Assembly: GCA_040752695.1 (NCBI GenBank)
Contig: JBFMGO010000005.1
Span: forward strand, 53,783-103,048
DNA from: a bacterium
Lineage (GTDB): Bacteria; SZUA-182; DTGQ01
DNA length: 49,266 nucleotides
Direction: 5' to 3'
Part shown: piece by piece, positions 16,221 to 25,968 of the stretch
How positions within the stretch are numbered: position 1 is the first letter of the stretch
Layout of the letters: each line of letters starts with the position of its first letter
The notes under the pieces: generated by a model
What the model saw: the letters and a program-made list of their open reading frames with translations, nothing else
The model's database searches: none
Told to the model about the DNA's origin: nothing
Position numbers and translations under genes: made by a program

Positions 16221-18761
16221 TTACCGGAAGACCAGGAGGCGAAGGACAAGCGCTGCATAGAGGCCCATCAGGAGGGCATGGCCCAGCCAGAAGCTGGTTT
16301 GTGCCTCGAGATTTGTTCTCTTTCGGTGGTAGGCGATCTGCCAGAGGCAAGACCATGAAAAGAAAAGGCCCACTGCCAGGGTCGCTGCCTGAAACGGCTG
16401 GATGGCCGGCCCATGGAAGACCAGGCGGGTTTTTGATTTGACGAGATATTGAAAGTACCCTCCTCCTGGAATAAACTGCAACTGATGAGCGAGGTGGGCT
16501 ACGAGGGCGAGGGGGACATAGGCATAGGCTGTGTGCCAGAAGCGAAGCCAGTCGTGTGATTTGGTCCTGGGTGAGGACAAAAGGTTCGGAAGCCAGAGTA
16601 TGCCTGCTATGGCCACAGGGGTAAGAAAATGGGTCAGGGTGTAGAGCAGTTTTATCCCTCCCGAATGGAGGGTGAGGCCTTTTGCTTCGAGGTAAATGAC
16701 CGGCAAGAGTGCACCGAGTAGGGCACAGACGAAAAAGGACATCTTATCCCTGACCTGGTTGGAGAGCCATATTTCACGCCCTGGCAGGCGCAGGTTCAGG
16801 GATGCCGAATGGTTCGGGCAGTTGCGGATGCATTGCAGGCACAGCTTGCAGTTTTGATTGTTATCGACAAACAAGAGGTGCTGAAACATGGGGCAGCCGG
16901 GCTCTTCGGGTGTCCCGTTGTAGCATTCGGCCCTTTTGCACTGGCTTGAGCAGACCGTGGTATCGGAGCGCAATTCAACGATGGAACTCATGGAGCAGAC
17001 GCCGATCAGACCCCCCATGGGGCAGAGGTAGCGGCACCAGCTCTCCCTGCGGAAAATGACCGCACTGATCATGGCCAGGGAAAGCATGGTGATCATCAAA
17101 CACCCCGTAGCCCTGGGTGAGGTGCGCATATGGGTAATTTCCTCGGCCCAGAGAATGGTTAAAAAGGCGGCTGTCACCAGGAGGGCGTCATATTTTTGAA
17201 CAAAGGGCGGCACAGGGAGCTGATACTGCCTGATTTTTTGCATCTTGCGGCCGAAGGTCGCATAGGCGCAGATCGAGCACCAGGTGCGGCCAATCCAGAA
17301 AAATGACAGAAACATCAGCGGCCACCAGACCCTCCAGACAAGAAAAGTGGCCGGATTCCGGGCTGCACTGGCCGGTCCCAGGAAGCACAGGAGGATAAGC
17401 AGGATGAAAAAGGTTGCGGTTGCATACTGGAGCTTATCCGGATAGATCCTGTCCAGGACCCATCTGCCGAGAGGTTTAATCTTCAGGATGTTGTAATACC
17501 AACTGTCGGGCTTGACTGCCGGGGCTCCGAGGAACAGATGGCGGGGCCAGATCTTATCGTCGCTCGGCAGAGCTACGGCGCGCTCGATGATCTGCTCCAG
17601 TTCCTTGATGTTGCCCAGTCTGTAGTCATGTTTCAAGAGCGCCTGCATGGCCTCCGGTGTCGTGCCGGTAATGTGCTTATTGGCCTGTTTGGCATATTTT
17701 TCGATAAAATAATCCACCAGCCTGGGTATGGCTTTTTTGCGCTCCCTCAAGGGAGGCAGTTTAATGTAGTTGCTGCTCAAAAGAGCGTGCAGTCGGGGGT
17801 CAAAGGCCCCTTTGGCAGCCTTTTTCGCAAGATCGATCCGCGTGCTGGCTATAAGACGAAAATCCGCTATTCTGGGCTGCGTAAGGCCAAGGCGGCTATA
17901 GGATCGGGTTTCGAACACTTTCCTTATCCGTTGCTGGATTTCGAGGGAAAGCTGATCGCAGTTTTTGAGAAAGAGGGTTCCACCCTCGGCCAGTTCGAAA
18001 TATCCGAAGGCGTGCTCGGTAAGATGAAAAACCCCTTTATGCTCCCTGCCGAAAAGGCACTCCTCCCAATTCTCCTCCTCCATCAGCGCGCTGCAATCTA
18101 CCAGGATAAAGGCTTTCTTGCGTCTTGCTCCCTGCGAATGAATTTGCCAGGCAGCCAGTTGCTTGCCGCTCCCATACTCGCCCTCGATCAGGACGGGTGC
18201 GGTATTGCCGGCAGCGCGGCTGATAGCCTCACGCACCGGCCGCATCTTGGCACTGCTGGCGATAAAAAGAGCCTCCACATACGGCCTGGATTCTTCGGAG
18301 ATAAGGTCAATGATGGCCTTTTTGTACTCCTTTTCTTCCAGGAGCAGGTTGGTCTGATGGAGGCGCTGGGTCAAGGACCAGATAAAGTGGCGATTCAATT
18401 CGGGATGCCTGGTGAGGAATTGATAAAAACTGTCCCTGCTCAGGACATAGACCTCCGTGTCCCTGAGGGCTATGACCGTGCAGGAACTTTCCTCCTCGAC
18501 CAGCAAAGCTCTTTCTCCAAAGTAATCGCCGGGCCGAATGAAGGACAAATGGACCTGGGAGCCGTCTTCCTCATCGACGAGGAGTTCAACCAGACCGGAA
18601 GAAACGATATAAAAGAACTGGGTTTCCCTAGTCCCCTGTTGGATGATGGTCTCCCCCGCCTGAAATTTCTTCAGGGTAAAAAAATCCTGAAGCTGGCTGC
18701 GTGCCTCTTCAGGCAGTGATTGGAAGAGATCTGCCTGAGGAAGATTCTTTTCTCTCGTCAT
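16221..18761 (-). CDS. cNMP-binding + sigma54-activator-type AAA+ (degenerate) + NapH/NosR-like membrane 4Fe-4S fusion protein
   Basis: cNMP domain (GDYFGE); GEYGSGK, LPPLRERK, GNIKEL..IERA; TM region with WCRYLCPMG and CKLCLQCIRNCP; no C-terminal HTH. Confidence 0.85.
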   Translation of the reverse strand: MTREKNLPQADLFQSLPEEARSQLQDFFTLKKFQAGETIIQQGTRETQFFYIVSSGLVELLVDEEDGSQVHLSFIRPGDYFGERALLVEEESSCTVIALRDTEVYVLSRDSFYQFLTRHPELNRHFIWSLTQRLHQTNLLLEEKEYKKAIIDLISEESRPYVEALFIASSAKMRPVREAISRAAGNTAPVLIEGEYGSGKQLAAWQIHSQGARRKKAFILVDCSALMEEENWEECLFGREHKGVFHLTEHAFGYFELAEGGTLFLKNCDQLSLEIQQRIRKVFETRSYSRLGLTQPRIADFRLIASTRIDLAKKAAKGAFDPRLHALLSSNYIKLPPLRERKKAIPRLVDYFIEKYAKQANKHITGTTPEAMQALLKHDYRLGNIKELEQIIERAVALPSDDKIWPRHLFLGAPAVKPDSWYYNILKIKPLGRWVLDRIYPDKLQYATATFFILLILLCFLGPASAARNPATFLVWRVWWPLMFLSFFWIGRTWCSICAYATFGRKMQKIRQYQLPVPPFVQKYDALLVTAAFLTILWAEEITHMRTSPRATGCLMITMLSLAMISAVIFRRESWCRYLCPMGGLIGVCSMSSIVELRSDTTVCSSQCKRAECYNGTPEEPGCPMFQHLLFVDNNQNCKLCLQCIRNCPNHSASLNLRLPGREIWLSNQVRDKMSFFVCALLGALLPVIYLEAKGLTLHSGGIKLLYTLTHFLTPVAIAGILWLPNLLSSPRTKSHDWLRFWHTAYAYVPLALVAHLAHQLQFIPGGGYFQYLVKSKTRLVFHGPAIQPFQAATLAVGLFFSWSCLWQIAYHRKRTNLEAQTSFWLGHALLMGLYAALVLRLLVFR

Positions 18762-18849
18762 AGTATCGTATCGAATTGAAACGATTCGGTTATAAGCTGA
18801 GCAAAGGTAAATAAAAAGATAAATAGAAAACAGGTATCGGTACTATTGT

Positions 18850-18878
18850 ACTATAATCTTTCGTCCTTTGCCTATCAA
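18850..18878 (-). promoter_or_regulatory. Putative sigma70 promoter of the cNMP-AAA-FeS gene
   Basis: Minus strand TTGATA-N17-TATAGT. Confidence 0.55.
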
Positions 18879-19022
18879 TTTTATGAGGGATATGTGAATT
18901 TATGAGGGATGTATGAAAGTTTTGTGAGGTCCGGCAGCCAGCCATAGCGGCCCCTTGGAAAGGAGACGATGGGGGTGCCTTAAGGAGCAGCCTTCTCCAA
19001 ATCAGCTTATCAAGGTCAGCGA

Positions 19023-19136
19023 GCTATTTTTCAAAAAACTCCGGGTTATTTTTCCGATGACTCCGGACTATTTTTTTCGGAAGGCTCCGGGCTGCTTTTC
19101 CAAGAAACTCCGGACTATTTTTCCGAATGACTCCGG
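19023..19136 (-). repeat. Five 22-24-nt tandem repeats copying the last codons and stop of the HEAT gene
   Basis: Minus-strand unit CCGGAG...GAAAAATAG; the first unit encodes RSHSEK*. Confidence 0.85.
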
Positions 19137-20215
19137 TCCAATTTACCAAGAGATTCCTGGGCCGCTGTCTGGATGGCCGTATTGAGGGATATGGATAATT
19201 GCAGGAGTAACTTTTTCGCCTCATCCCCTCCGATAGTTCCCAGTGCATGGGCAACGGCAACCTGTAGCATGGGATGGCCATCCTGGATGATCGAGGCAAG
19301 TGCGTCAAGACTCTCATGCGCCCTCAACTCTCCGAGGAGTTCGATTGCCCGGGACCGGGTCCAGATGCTGGCATTGCTCCTGATACGCGCTTTAAAAAAG
19401 GAGATAAGATCCGACCGGATTTTCCCCTCCATCCGTGCAGCCAGCCTTGACGGATTGGTAGCTTTCTCCCGTTGGAGAATAGATAGAAAGGCAGCATTCA
19501 TTCTCTCATCAATAATTCCTTCCGTGGGATGGGAGATGGCGTCGAGCATATGGCTGATGGTTTCTGTGGTGCCGATTTCTCCAAGAGATTCAATGGTTGC
19601 TGCCAGAATAAATTCGTCTTTCTCTTTAAGAAGGTCCAATAAAATGCGGATTGACTCTCTCCCGGAGATTTTTTCCAGACTTTTGATGCACGAAAAAATT
19701 ACCCATGACTCCTCTTCGCTCTTGAGGAGGTTTTCTATTGCGCCAACTGCCCGCTCATCCGCCAGCCTGCCGAGGCTGGCCAGTGCAGAGCTCCTTACAT
19801 GGGGGGATGTATCCTTTAGGGATTCGATCAGTGACTCTACGGCGCAGGGGTTTCCCAAAAGCCCCAGAAGATCGGCGATCGCTACTCTCATCGGTTCATC
19901 GGGATCGGCAAGAAACGGGACTAAGGAAGAGATTCGATCATAGGCAACTTCTTTGATGATCTCCATAGCCATGGTTCTGACCCTTGCATCATTTTCGTGC
20001 AATAGCAGCAGGGTACATTCCACCACCTCTTTGGTATCGATGCTGGTCAGGGTGGACATTGCCAGTTCCTGGATGGGCTTATGATCATCATACAAGAACT
20101 CTATAAGGGAATAACAGGCATCCTTGTCTTTTTGTTCTCCCAGGCTTTTGATGATTTGTTTCTTGGTGGCGTAGTTCAAATTCTGAAGATCCCATATGTT
20201 CGTTTGTTCTAACAT
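19115..20215 (-). CDS. HEAT-repeat (PBS lyase-like) protein
   Basis: Repeated 'L.D....VR..A..LG.L' units; start moved to ATG 20215 after AAGGA. Confidence 0.85.
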   Translation of the reverse strand: MLEQTNIWDLQNLNYATKKQIIKSLGEQKDKDACYSLIEFLYDDHKPIQELAMSTLTSIDTKEVVECTLLLLHENDARVRTMAMEIIKEVAYDRISSLVPFLADPDEPMRVAIADLLGLLGNPCAVESLIESLKDTSPHVRSSALASLGRLADERAVGAIENLLKSEEESWVIFSCIKSLEKISGRESIRILLDLLKEKDEFILAATIESLGEIGTTETISHMLDAISHPTEGIIDERMNAAFLSILQREKATNPSRLAARMEGKIRSDLISFFKARIRSNASIWTRSRAIELLGELRAHESLDALASIIQDGHPMLQVAVAHALGTIGGDEAKKLLLQLSISLNTAIQTAAQESLGKLDRSHSEK

Positions 20216-20339
20216 GCTCAGTTCCTTCTTAAGTTCCTTATTTTCTGTCAGTTTCGTGATTCGAATGTATGAATTGGAGGTATGACTGTAAGCCTGATTT
20301 GGCAAAAAAGGTCTAGGGAAATGGGCTTTCTATAAATTA

Positions 20340-20356
20340 AGCAAAAATAATGCCAC
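20340..20356 (-). promoter_or_regulatory. Sigma54 (-24/-12) promoter upstream of the HEAT gene
   Basis: Minus strand TGGCATTATTTTTGCT with exact GG-N10-GC spacing. Confidence 0.7.
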
Positions 20357-20935
20357 TATATCTCACCACTTGACCGATATATCTCAAATCCTTCATGACG
20401 GGCTTGATTCCACAGATGCCGGCAGCAGGGTTATATGAGCATACATGAGCGAAGTCCTCACAGAATGCGCGGCAGTACTGGGGGGACAGACAGAAGCGGC
20501 TGTCCCTTTAATCCTGGACGGGCGGCTGCCCCTGCCCGGTATATGAGCAGCCGCAGCAGGTCCGTCCCTTTTGCCGGGCGGGGAAATCCCACAGAAAACG
20601 GGTAATTCCCGCAAAAATATCCGGTTTTTGACGCCAGGGATTGCTTTATTTGACGCCGGGTGTTGCTTTAAAAGAGTGCACTCGTGGAGATGAGTTCGAA
20701 TGGACTCTATCCCAAGAGAGAATTCCGTGGTAATAATCCCAACATCCCCCTTATAGGAGAGGGGCAAGGAGTATTTTGAGGACAGGCTCATGTGTCAAAA
20801 ACAGTCTTATGTGTCAAGAACAGGCTCGTGGGGGGAGGACAAGATCGAAGGTTCAAAGGCAAAGGTCGAGGGGAATATCCTACATTTTTAAGGGTAAGAC
20901 TTTGATTTTCTACTAAGATGTTCAGGTGATTCCAA

Positions 20936-20963
20936 TTGACTTTAGGGAAAATTGTGTTATACT
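20936..20963 (+). promoter_or_regulatory. Putative sigma70 promoter of the TPR-lolB-like-ispE operon
   Basis: TTGACT-N16-TATACT with extended -10 TG. Confidence 0.6.
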
Positions 20964-21050
20964 GGGAGTGATAAACTGATAAATTTGCGCTTCTATTCTC
21001 ACGGCAAGAGCGGCAAGCTCAACGTTCTACGCTGGAAAGGCTGGGAAAAT

Positions 21051-22772
21051 ATGTACCATAGGATCCAATTTAAGGTGGAGATCAGTTGTCTGCTCATACT
21101 CGTAATCATGCACCTTCTGGGCCCACGGACCTGTCTGGCTGGTACGAGGGTTCCCGATGTCCCGGCAGAAGATCCCAGTGCCGCTTACTATCACTTTTTA
21201 GTGGCCGAATTACTGGGCAACGAGGGAAAGATCGACCTTTCGATCGAAGAATACCTTCAGGCATCTCAAGCTGACCCGAACTCGCTCTTTCTCCACAACG
21301 AGCTCGCCAACCTTTTTCATCAGCAGGGCATGACGGGAAAAGCCGTGGAGAGATGTAACAAAATCCTGGCCCTGGACCCGAATAATGTCGGCGCTCTTTT
21401 CCGGATGGCCAGAATCTATTCGCAGCAGGACAACCCGGGAAAAGCCATTTCCCTGTATCAGAAGGCAATCAGTATTGACAGGGAAAATCCCATGCCCTAC
21501 CTGTTCCTGGGGCAACTGTACTCGGCAGGTGAAGATTATGAAAAAAGTATCGAAACCTACAAGCAGCTCATTGCAATTGTTCCCGATTACTACGTCGCTT
21601 ACTACTATCTGGCCAAGGTATACCTCGAAATCAATATGGTAGGCACAGCCATCGACTACTTGAAGCAGGCCCTGCAGATCAACCCCGACTTTAAATCCGC
21701 ACTCATCAAACTGGCAATTATTTACGAAAACCAAAAGCAGTACGACGAGGCAATCAAGATCTATCGCCAGCTCATCGAGCAGGACCCTGATGCCCTGGAA
21801 TTTCAATACCAACTGGGGAAAATATATATCCTGAAGGGGAGTCTGAATGAATCGCTCAAGCAGTTTCAGGCGATCCAGCAGAAAGACCCTGACAATGCGG
21901 AAGTGAGTGTCAAACTGGGGCTCATCTATTACGAACAAAAACAGTACATCATGGCTATTGAAGCGTTCAAAAAGTATTTGAAATCAAACCCGGCAGAAGA
22001 AGATGTCCGTCTGTATCTCGGCATCTGCTATGAAGAGACCGAGGATTACCAGTCCAGTATCGGACAGTTCAAAAAGATTCTCACCTTTCATCCCGAATCG
22101 ATCAAGGCGCGGGTTCATCTCAACTATCTGTATCAAAAGCTGAATCAATGGACCGAGGCGATCGATGTGCTGAAGGAGGCGATCGAGCTCCAGCCCAAAT
22201 CGGTAGACCTGTATATAACCCTGGCTTTGACCTACCATCAAACCAAGCGGTATGAGGATGCCGTTACCAGCCTGAACCAGGCCCTGGCTATCGAACCGGA
22301 TAACGACAGTCTGCACTTTTACCTCGGAGCCGTTTACGAGAAGGCGGGAAAGTTCGAAGAATCCATCCGCGAGTTCGAAAAAACCATAGAGCTCAACCCG
22401 AAACGGGCGGAAGCCTACAATTATATCGGATATATGTACGCTGAAAAAGGGATCAACCTTGAAGATGCGGTTGAAAAAATCAAAAAAGCCCTTGAATTCG
22501 AACCGAATAACGGAGCGTTCCTGGATAGTCTCGGCTGGGCCTACTTTAAAAAGGGCATGCTGGAAAAATCTGCGATAGAGTTAAACAAAGCGGTTAAGCT
22601 GATTACGGATGACCCGGTCATTTACGAGCACCTCGGTCAAGTCTATTACGAAAAAGGAGATCTTCCCATGGCGCGCGATTATCTTAAGAAAGCACTGGAA
22701 ATCGATCCGCAGAATGAAAATGTCAAGCGGTGCCTGGAAAATCTCCAGATGAAGATTGAGAAATCTGAATGA
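21051..22772 (+). CDS. Exported multi-TPR protein
   Basis: Many TPRs; AYYHFL N-terminal motif; C-terminal NYIGYMYAE...DSLGWAY...DPVIYEHLG typical of the TPR gene upstream of lolB/ispE; start moved to ATG 21051. Confidence 0.88.
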   Translation: MYHRIQFKVEISCLLILVIMHLLGPRTCLAGTRVPDVPAEDPSAAYYHFLVAELLGNEGKIDLSIEEYLQASQADPNSLFLHNELANLFHQQGMTGKAVERCNKILALDPNNVGALFRMARIYSQQDNPGKAISLYQKAISIDRENPMPYLFLGQLYSAGEDYEKSIETYKQLIAIVPDYYVAYYYLAKVYLEINMVGTAIDYLKQALQINPDFKSALIKLAIIYENQKQYDEAIKIYRQLIEQDPDALEFQYQLGKIYILKGSLNESLKQFQAIQQKDPDNAEVSVKLGLIYYEQKQYIMAIEAFKKYLKSNPAEEDVRLYLGICYEETEDYQSSIGQFKKILTFHPESIKARVHLNYLYQKLNQWTEAIDVLKEAIELQPKSVDLYITLALTYHQTKRYEDAVTSLNQALAIEPDNDSLHFYLGAVYEKAGKFEESIREFEKTIELNPKRAEAYNYIGYMYAEKGINLEDAVEKIKKALEFEPNNGAFLDSLGWAYFKKGMLEKSAIELNKAVKLITDDPVIYEHLGQVYYEKGDLPMARDYLKKALEIDPQNENVKRCLENLQMKIEKSE

Positions 22773-23611
22773 ATTTTTCTCTCAAGCGCATGCGAAGGAG
22801 AAAAGAAGAGAGGATTGCAGCGATTGTACTCGGCTGCCTGTGGCTGTGGGGCTGTGCATCCAGATATCGCCCTCTTAAACAGCCTTCACTCTCTTTTGAA
22901 ACATCGCTTAATCGGCTGTTGGAGCGCAGATTGGCATTTCAGGACGTACGGGGGAAAGTGTCCATCTCGATCGTGCACCAGGAAAAGAGGCAAAGCTTTT
23001 CGGCCTATCTGGTTTTTGATTCTCAAAACCGGATTCGCATCGAAGGTCTGGGCTTTGCCGATACTCCATACTTCTTTCTGATTGCAGACAGCGACCGGAT
23101 ACGCCTTTATGCTCCAGACCAAAAGAAAGTCCTGTGCGGTGAAGCTTCGGGCGATACGCTGTTTCGGTTAACCGGAATTCAATTGGAGCCTGCTGTCCTG
23201 GTGAATCTTTTTTCAGGCAACCTGCCATCCGGCGTATCTTCAATGGCCTTAAGACATGCATCCTTCAATACCCGTGAAGAGTTCGTCGAGATTCCATCTT
23301 CCGATGGCGAGGAGCGGTATCGCATCTGGATGGATCAAAAAACGGGTCTGATGCTGAGGATGGAGGTATACAGGCAGGGCAAAGAACCTTTTTTATCAGC
23401 CAGGTTCGAGGACTACCGGACAATTGACGGCTATAGCTGGCCAGGGCGGATCGATTGTTCTTTCCTGCCCTCACGGATACAGTTGAAAGTCAAATATAAA
23501 CAACTCGCTTTAAACTCAGGAATCACTGAAAGCATCTTTCATTTGCAGTACCCGCCTGGAACCATGATTGAGGACATCGACGACCCGCAGTCCGATCAGA
23601 CGGGTGGATGA
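22769..23611 (+). CDS. LolB/LolA-fold-like lipoprotein (DUF4292-like)
   Basis: Lipobox LWGC; beta-rich sequence ending F.DY..IDG..WP..I; occupies the lolB position between TPR and ispE. Confidence 0.65.
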   Translation: MNFSLKRMRRRKEERIAAIVLGCLWLWGCASRYRPLKQPSLSFETSLNRLLERRLAFQDVRGKVSISIVHQEKRQSFSAYLVFDSQNRIRIEGLGFADTPYFFLIADSDRIRLYAPDQKKVLCGEASGDTLFRLTGIQLEPAVLVNLFSGNLPSGVSSMALRHASFNTREEFVEIPSSDGEERYRIWMDQKTGLMLRMEVYRQGKEPFLSARFEDYRTIDGYSWPGRIDCSFLPSRIQLKVKYKQLALNSGITESIFHLQYPPGTMIEDIDDPQSDQTGG

Positions 23612-23664
23612 GGAAAGGGCAAAAGAGTCTTAAGGGTGAGCAATAACGGGGGGAGTTCCATTCA

Positions 23665-24543
23665 ATGGAGCAGGTTGTAAAAGTAAGCGCTCCGGCCAAG
23701 ATTAACTTGGGGTTATCGGTTCTCAGAAAAAGAGATGACGGGTATCACGAGATCCGGACCCTGTTCCAGGCAGTCAGCCTGTGTGACGAGCTGGAGCTTG
23801 AGCCCATCCCGAAAGGCATCGAACTGACCCTGGAGGGAGAGGGTATTCCGAATGATCAGGAAAACATAGCCTGGAAAGCAGCGGAGAGTTTCCTGTCCCG
23901 GCTCAGGGTTTCAGCAGGGGTTCACATCCGCCTTCGGAAGAACATCCCTGTTGCTGCCGGTCTTGGAGGCGGCAGCAGCGATGCTGCGGCAGTGCTGAAA
24001 GGATTGAGCAGACTCTTTTCTTTCTCCCTCCCCCGCAACGAGCTTTTGGAAATGGGAAGACATCTGGGAGCGGACGTGCCCTTCTTTCTTTTCGGAAATT
24101 CAGCCCTGGGCGAAGGAACCGGAGCGATCCTTTCCTCTATTTCAGCCTTGCCTCAATCCTGGATTGTAATCATTAACCCCGGATTTCCTATTTCGACCAA
24201 ATGGGTTTACGACCATGCCAGTTTGTTATTGACAAAAAAGCCGGATCATATTAACATGGTAAAATATTTTCTTAGAGAGAATGACTTACCTCGCATCGGT
24301 TATTACCTTCACAATGATTTGGAAGCGGTTGTTCTCAAAAGATATCCGATAATCAATGAATTAAAAAATCGTCTGTTATCCGCGGGAGCCGTGGGTGCTG
24401 TTATGAGTGGGAGTGGAGCGAGTGTTTTTGGACTATTCGCTGATCGTCCATTAGCCGACCAGGCTTTTAATCGTATGAGAAGAGAAGGTAATGGGTGGAA
24501 AATTTTCTTGACTGAACCACTGAGTAACACAACGATCAACTAA
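23665..24543 (+). CDS. ispE: 4-diphosphocytidyl-2-C-methyl-D-erythritol kinase
   Basis: APAKINL, DGYHEI, KNIPVAAGLGGGSSDAA, LGADVPFF, MSGSG. Confidence 0.97.
   Translation: MEQVVKVSAPAKINLGLSVLRKRDDGYHEIRTLFQAVSLCDELELEPIPKGIELTLEGEGIPNDQENIAWKAAESFLSRLRVSAGVHIRLRKNIPVAAGLGGGSSDAAAVLKGLSRLFSFSLPRNELLEMGRHLGADVPFFLFGNSALGEGTGAILSSISALPQSWIVIINPGFPISTKWVYDHASLLLTKKPDHINMVKYFLRENDLPRIGYYLHNDLEAVVLKRYPIINELKNRLLSAGAVGAVMSGSGASVFGLFADRPLADQAFNRMRREGNGWKIFLTEPLSNTTIN
24229..24257 (+). promoter_or_regulatory. Internal sigma70 promoter within ispE, likely for spoVG-tRNA-prs
   Basis: TTGACA-N17-TAACAT. Confidence 0.55.
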
Positions 24544-24571
24544 CTTTTTACCGGGAGGACGGTGAAGGCAG

Positions 24572-24829
24572 GTGGAAATAACAGACGTGAATATCTATTT
24601 AGTAAATGGTGAAAAGCTCAAGGCTTATGCAACCGTTATTTTTGACGATGCCTTTGTTGTTCGGGATATGAAGATCATCCATGGCAACAATGGGCTGTTT
24701 GTAGCTATGCCAAACAAAAAAACCAAGGATGGGACCTTTCGTGATGTCGCCCATCCACTGAATAAGGAAATGCGTAAACTTATTGAGGAGAGCGTTCTAA
24801 ACCACTATAAGACGCAAGTTGAAGTGTAA
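24572..24829 (+). CDS. spoVG: SpoVG family nucleic-acid-binding protein
   Basis: MEITDV, LKAYA.V.FD..FVV, GLFVAMP, F.D.AHP. Confidence 0.95.
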   Translation: MEITDVNIYLVNGEKLKAYATVIFDDAFVVRDMKIIHGNNGLFVAMPNKKTKDGTFRDVAHPLNKEMRKLIEESVLNHYKTQVEV

Positions 24830-24885
24830 CGTTTTACCGGGAATGGCAAAAGTGACAACCCAATTGAATAAACATTAACTATTGA

Positions 24886-24957
24886 TGGGGCGTCGACAAG
24901 CGGTAAGTCACAGGATTTTGGTTCCTGCATTCGGAGGTTCGAATCCTCCCGCCCCAG
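24886..24957 (+). tRNA. tRNA-Gln(TTG); CCA not encoded (followed by TCA)
   Basis: Acceptor TGGGGCG/CGCCCCA, D arm GAC/GTC, anticodon arm CAGGA-TT TTG GT-TCCTG, T arm GGAGG-TTCGAAT-CCTCC. Confidence 0.96.
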
Positions 24958-24980
24958 TCAGCTTTTGAGAGAGAAAAAAA

Positions 24981-25922
24981 ATGGGTTTTGAGTTAAAACT
25001 AATAGCGGGAAATTCAAATTTGCCCCTGGCCAAGGGCATCAGCAATTACCTGGGAGTTCCCCTGGTAAATGCCATGGTAGGAAAATTTTCCGATGGCGAG
25101 ATTGGCGTCCAGATCAACGAAAACATTCGCGGCGCAGACATGTTCGTTATCCAGTCAACCTGCCCGCCGGTCAATGATAACCTGATGGAGTTATTGATTA
25201 TCATCGATGCACTCAGGAGAGCTTCCGCCCGGAGAATTACCGCGGTAATTCCTTACTATGGCTATGCCCGCCAGGACAGAAAGGTGCAGCCGAGGGTACC
25301 TATCAGCTCCAAACTGGTGGCTGATCTGCTTACCACCGCCGGCGCCAACCGGGTCCTGACCATGGACCTGCATGCCGGACAGATTCAGGGCTTTTTCAAC
25401 GTTCCTGTCGATAACCTTCTGGCTTCTCCAGTCCTTATGGAATACATCAAGAGCCTCAAATTGTCCGATATTATTCTCGTCTCTCCGGATGCAGGTGGTG
25501 TGGAGCGCACCCGCAATTTTGCCAAGCGGCTGAATGTCTCCATAGCCATCATTGACAAAAGGAGAGAGCGTCCCAATGAATCCGAGGTTATGAATATCAT
25601 TGGAGATATCAAAGGGAAAGATGCCTTTATTATCGACGACATGATCGATACGGGAGGAACCCTGACCAAGGCCGCCACAGCCTTAATGCAGAACGGAGCT
25701 AAAAGTGTGTATGCCTGCTGCACTCATGCGGTTTTGTCAGGAAGCGCCATGGAGCGAATCAATGCCTCGGATCTGAAAAAACTGGTAATCACGGATACGA
25801 TTCCAACGCGGGAGAAAATTCAAAACTCTTCCAAACTGGAAGTTCTCTCTGTGGCGGATTTAATTGGTGAAACCATTTACCGGATCAATGTCGATAAATC
25901 GGTAAGTACCCTTTTCGTATAA
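24981..25922 (+). CDS. prs: Ribose-phosphate pyrophosphokinase
   Basis: [42 protein letters not shown]. Confidence 0.98.
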   Translation: MGFELKLIAGNSNLPLAKGISNYLGVPLVNAMVGKFSDGEIGVQINENIRGADMFVIQSTCPPVNDNLMELLIIIDALRRASARRITAVIPYYGYARQDRKVQPRVPISSKLVADLLTTAGANRVLTMDLHAGQIQGFFNVPVDNLLASPVLMEYIKSLKLSDIILVSPDAGGVERTRNFAKRLNVSIAIIDKRRERPNESEVMNIIGDIKGKDAFIIDDMIDTGGTLTKAATALMQNGAKSVYACCTHAVLSGSAMERINASDLKKLVITDTIPTREKIQNSSKLEVLSVADLIGETIYRINVDKSVSTLFV

Positions 25923-25968
25923 TATCCTTTTGAAAAGGACGCAAAATTAGTCTCGTATGGAGGTATAA

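Noticed and set aside
17538..18719. 393-aa plus-strand ORF and other long antisense ORFs (5016-5741, 9791-10612, 19173-19943, 21210-21938, 38325-39119)
   Set aside because: Shadow frames of well-supported genes on the opposite strand; no recognisable motifs.
20393..20791. 132-aa ORF in the HEAT/TPR intergenic region
   Set aside because: No motif or RBS, atypical composition, and it overlaps repeats and likely regulatory DNA.
25925..25955. c-di-GMP-I riboswitch-like GAAA...GACGCAAA between prs and rplY
   Set aside because: The gap is only 46 nt, and the GGCAAAC and second stem are missing.
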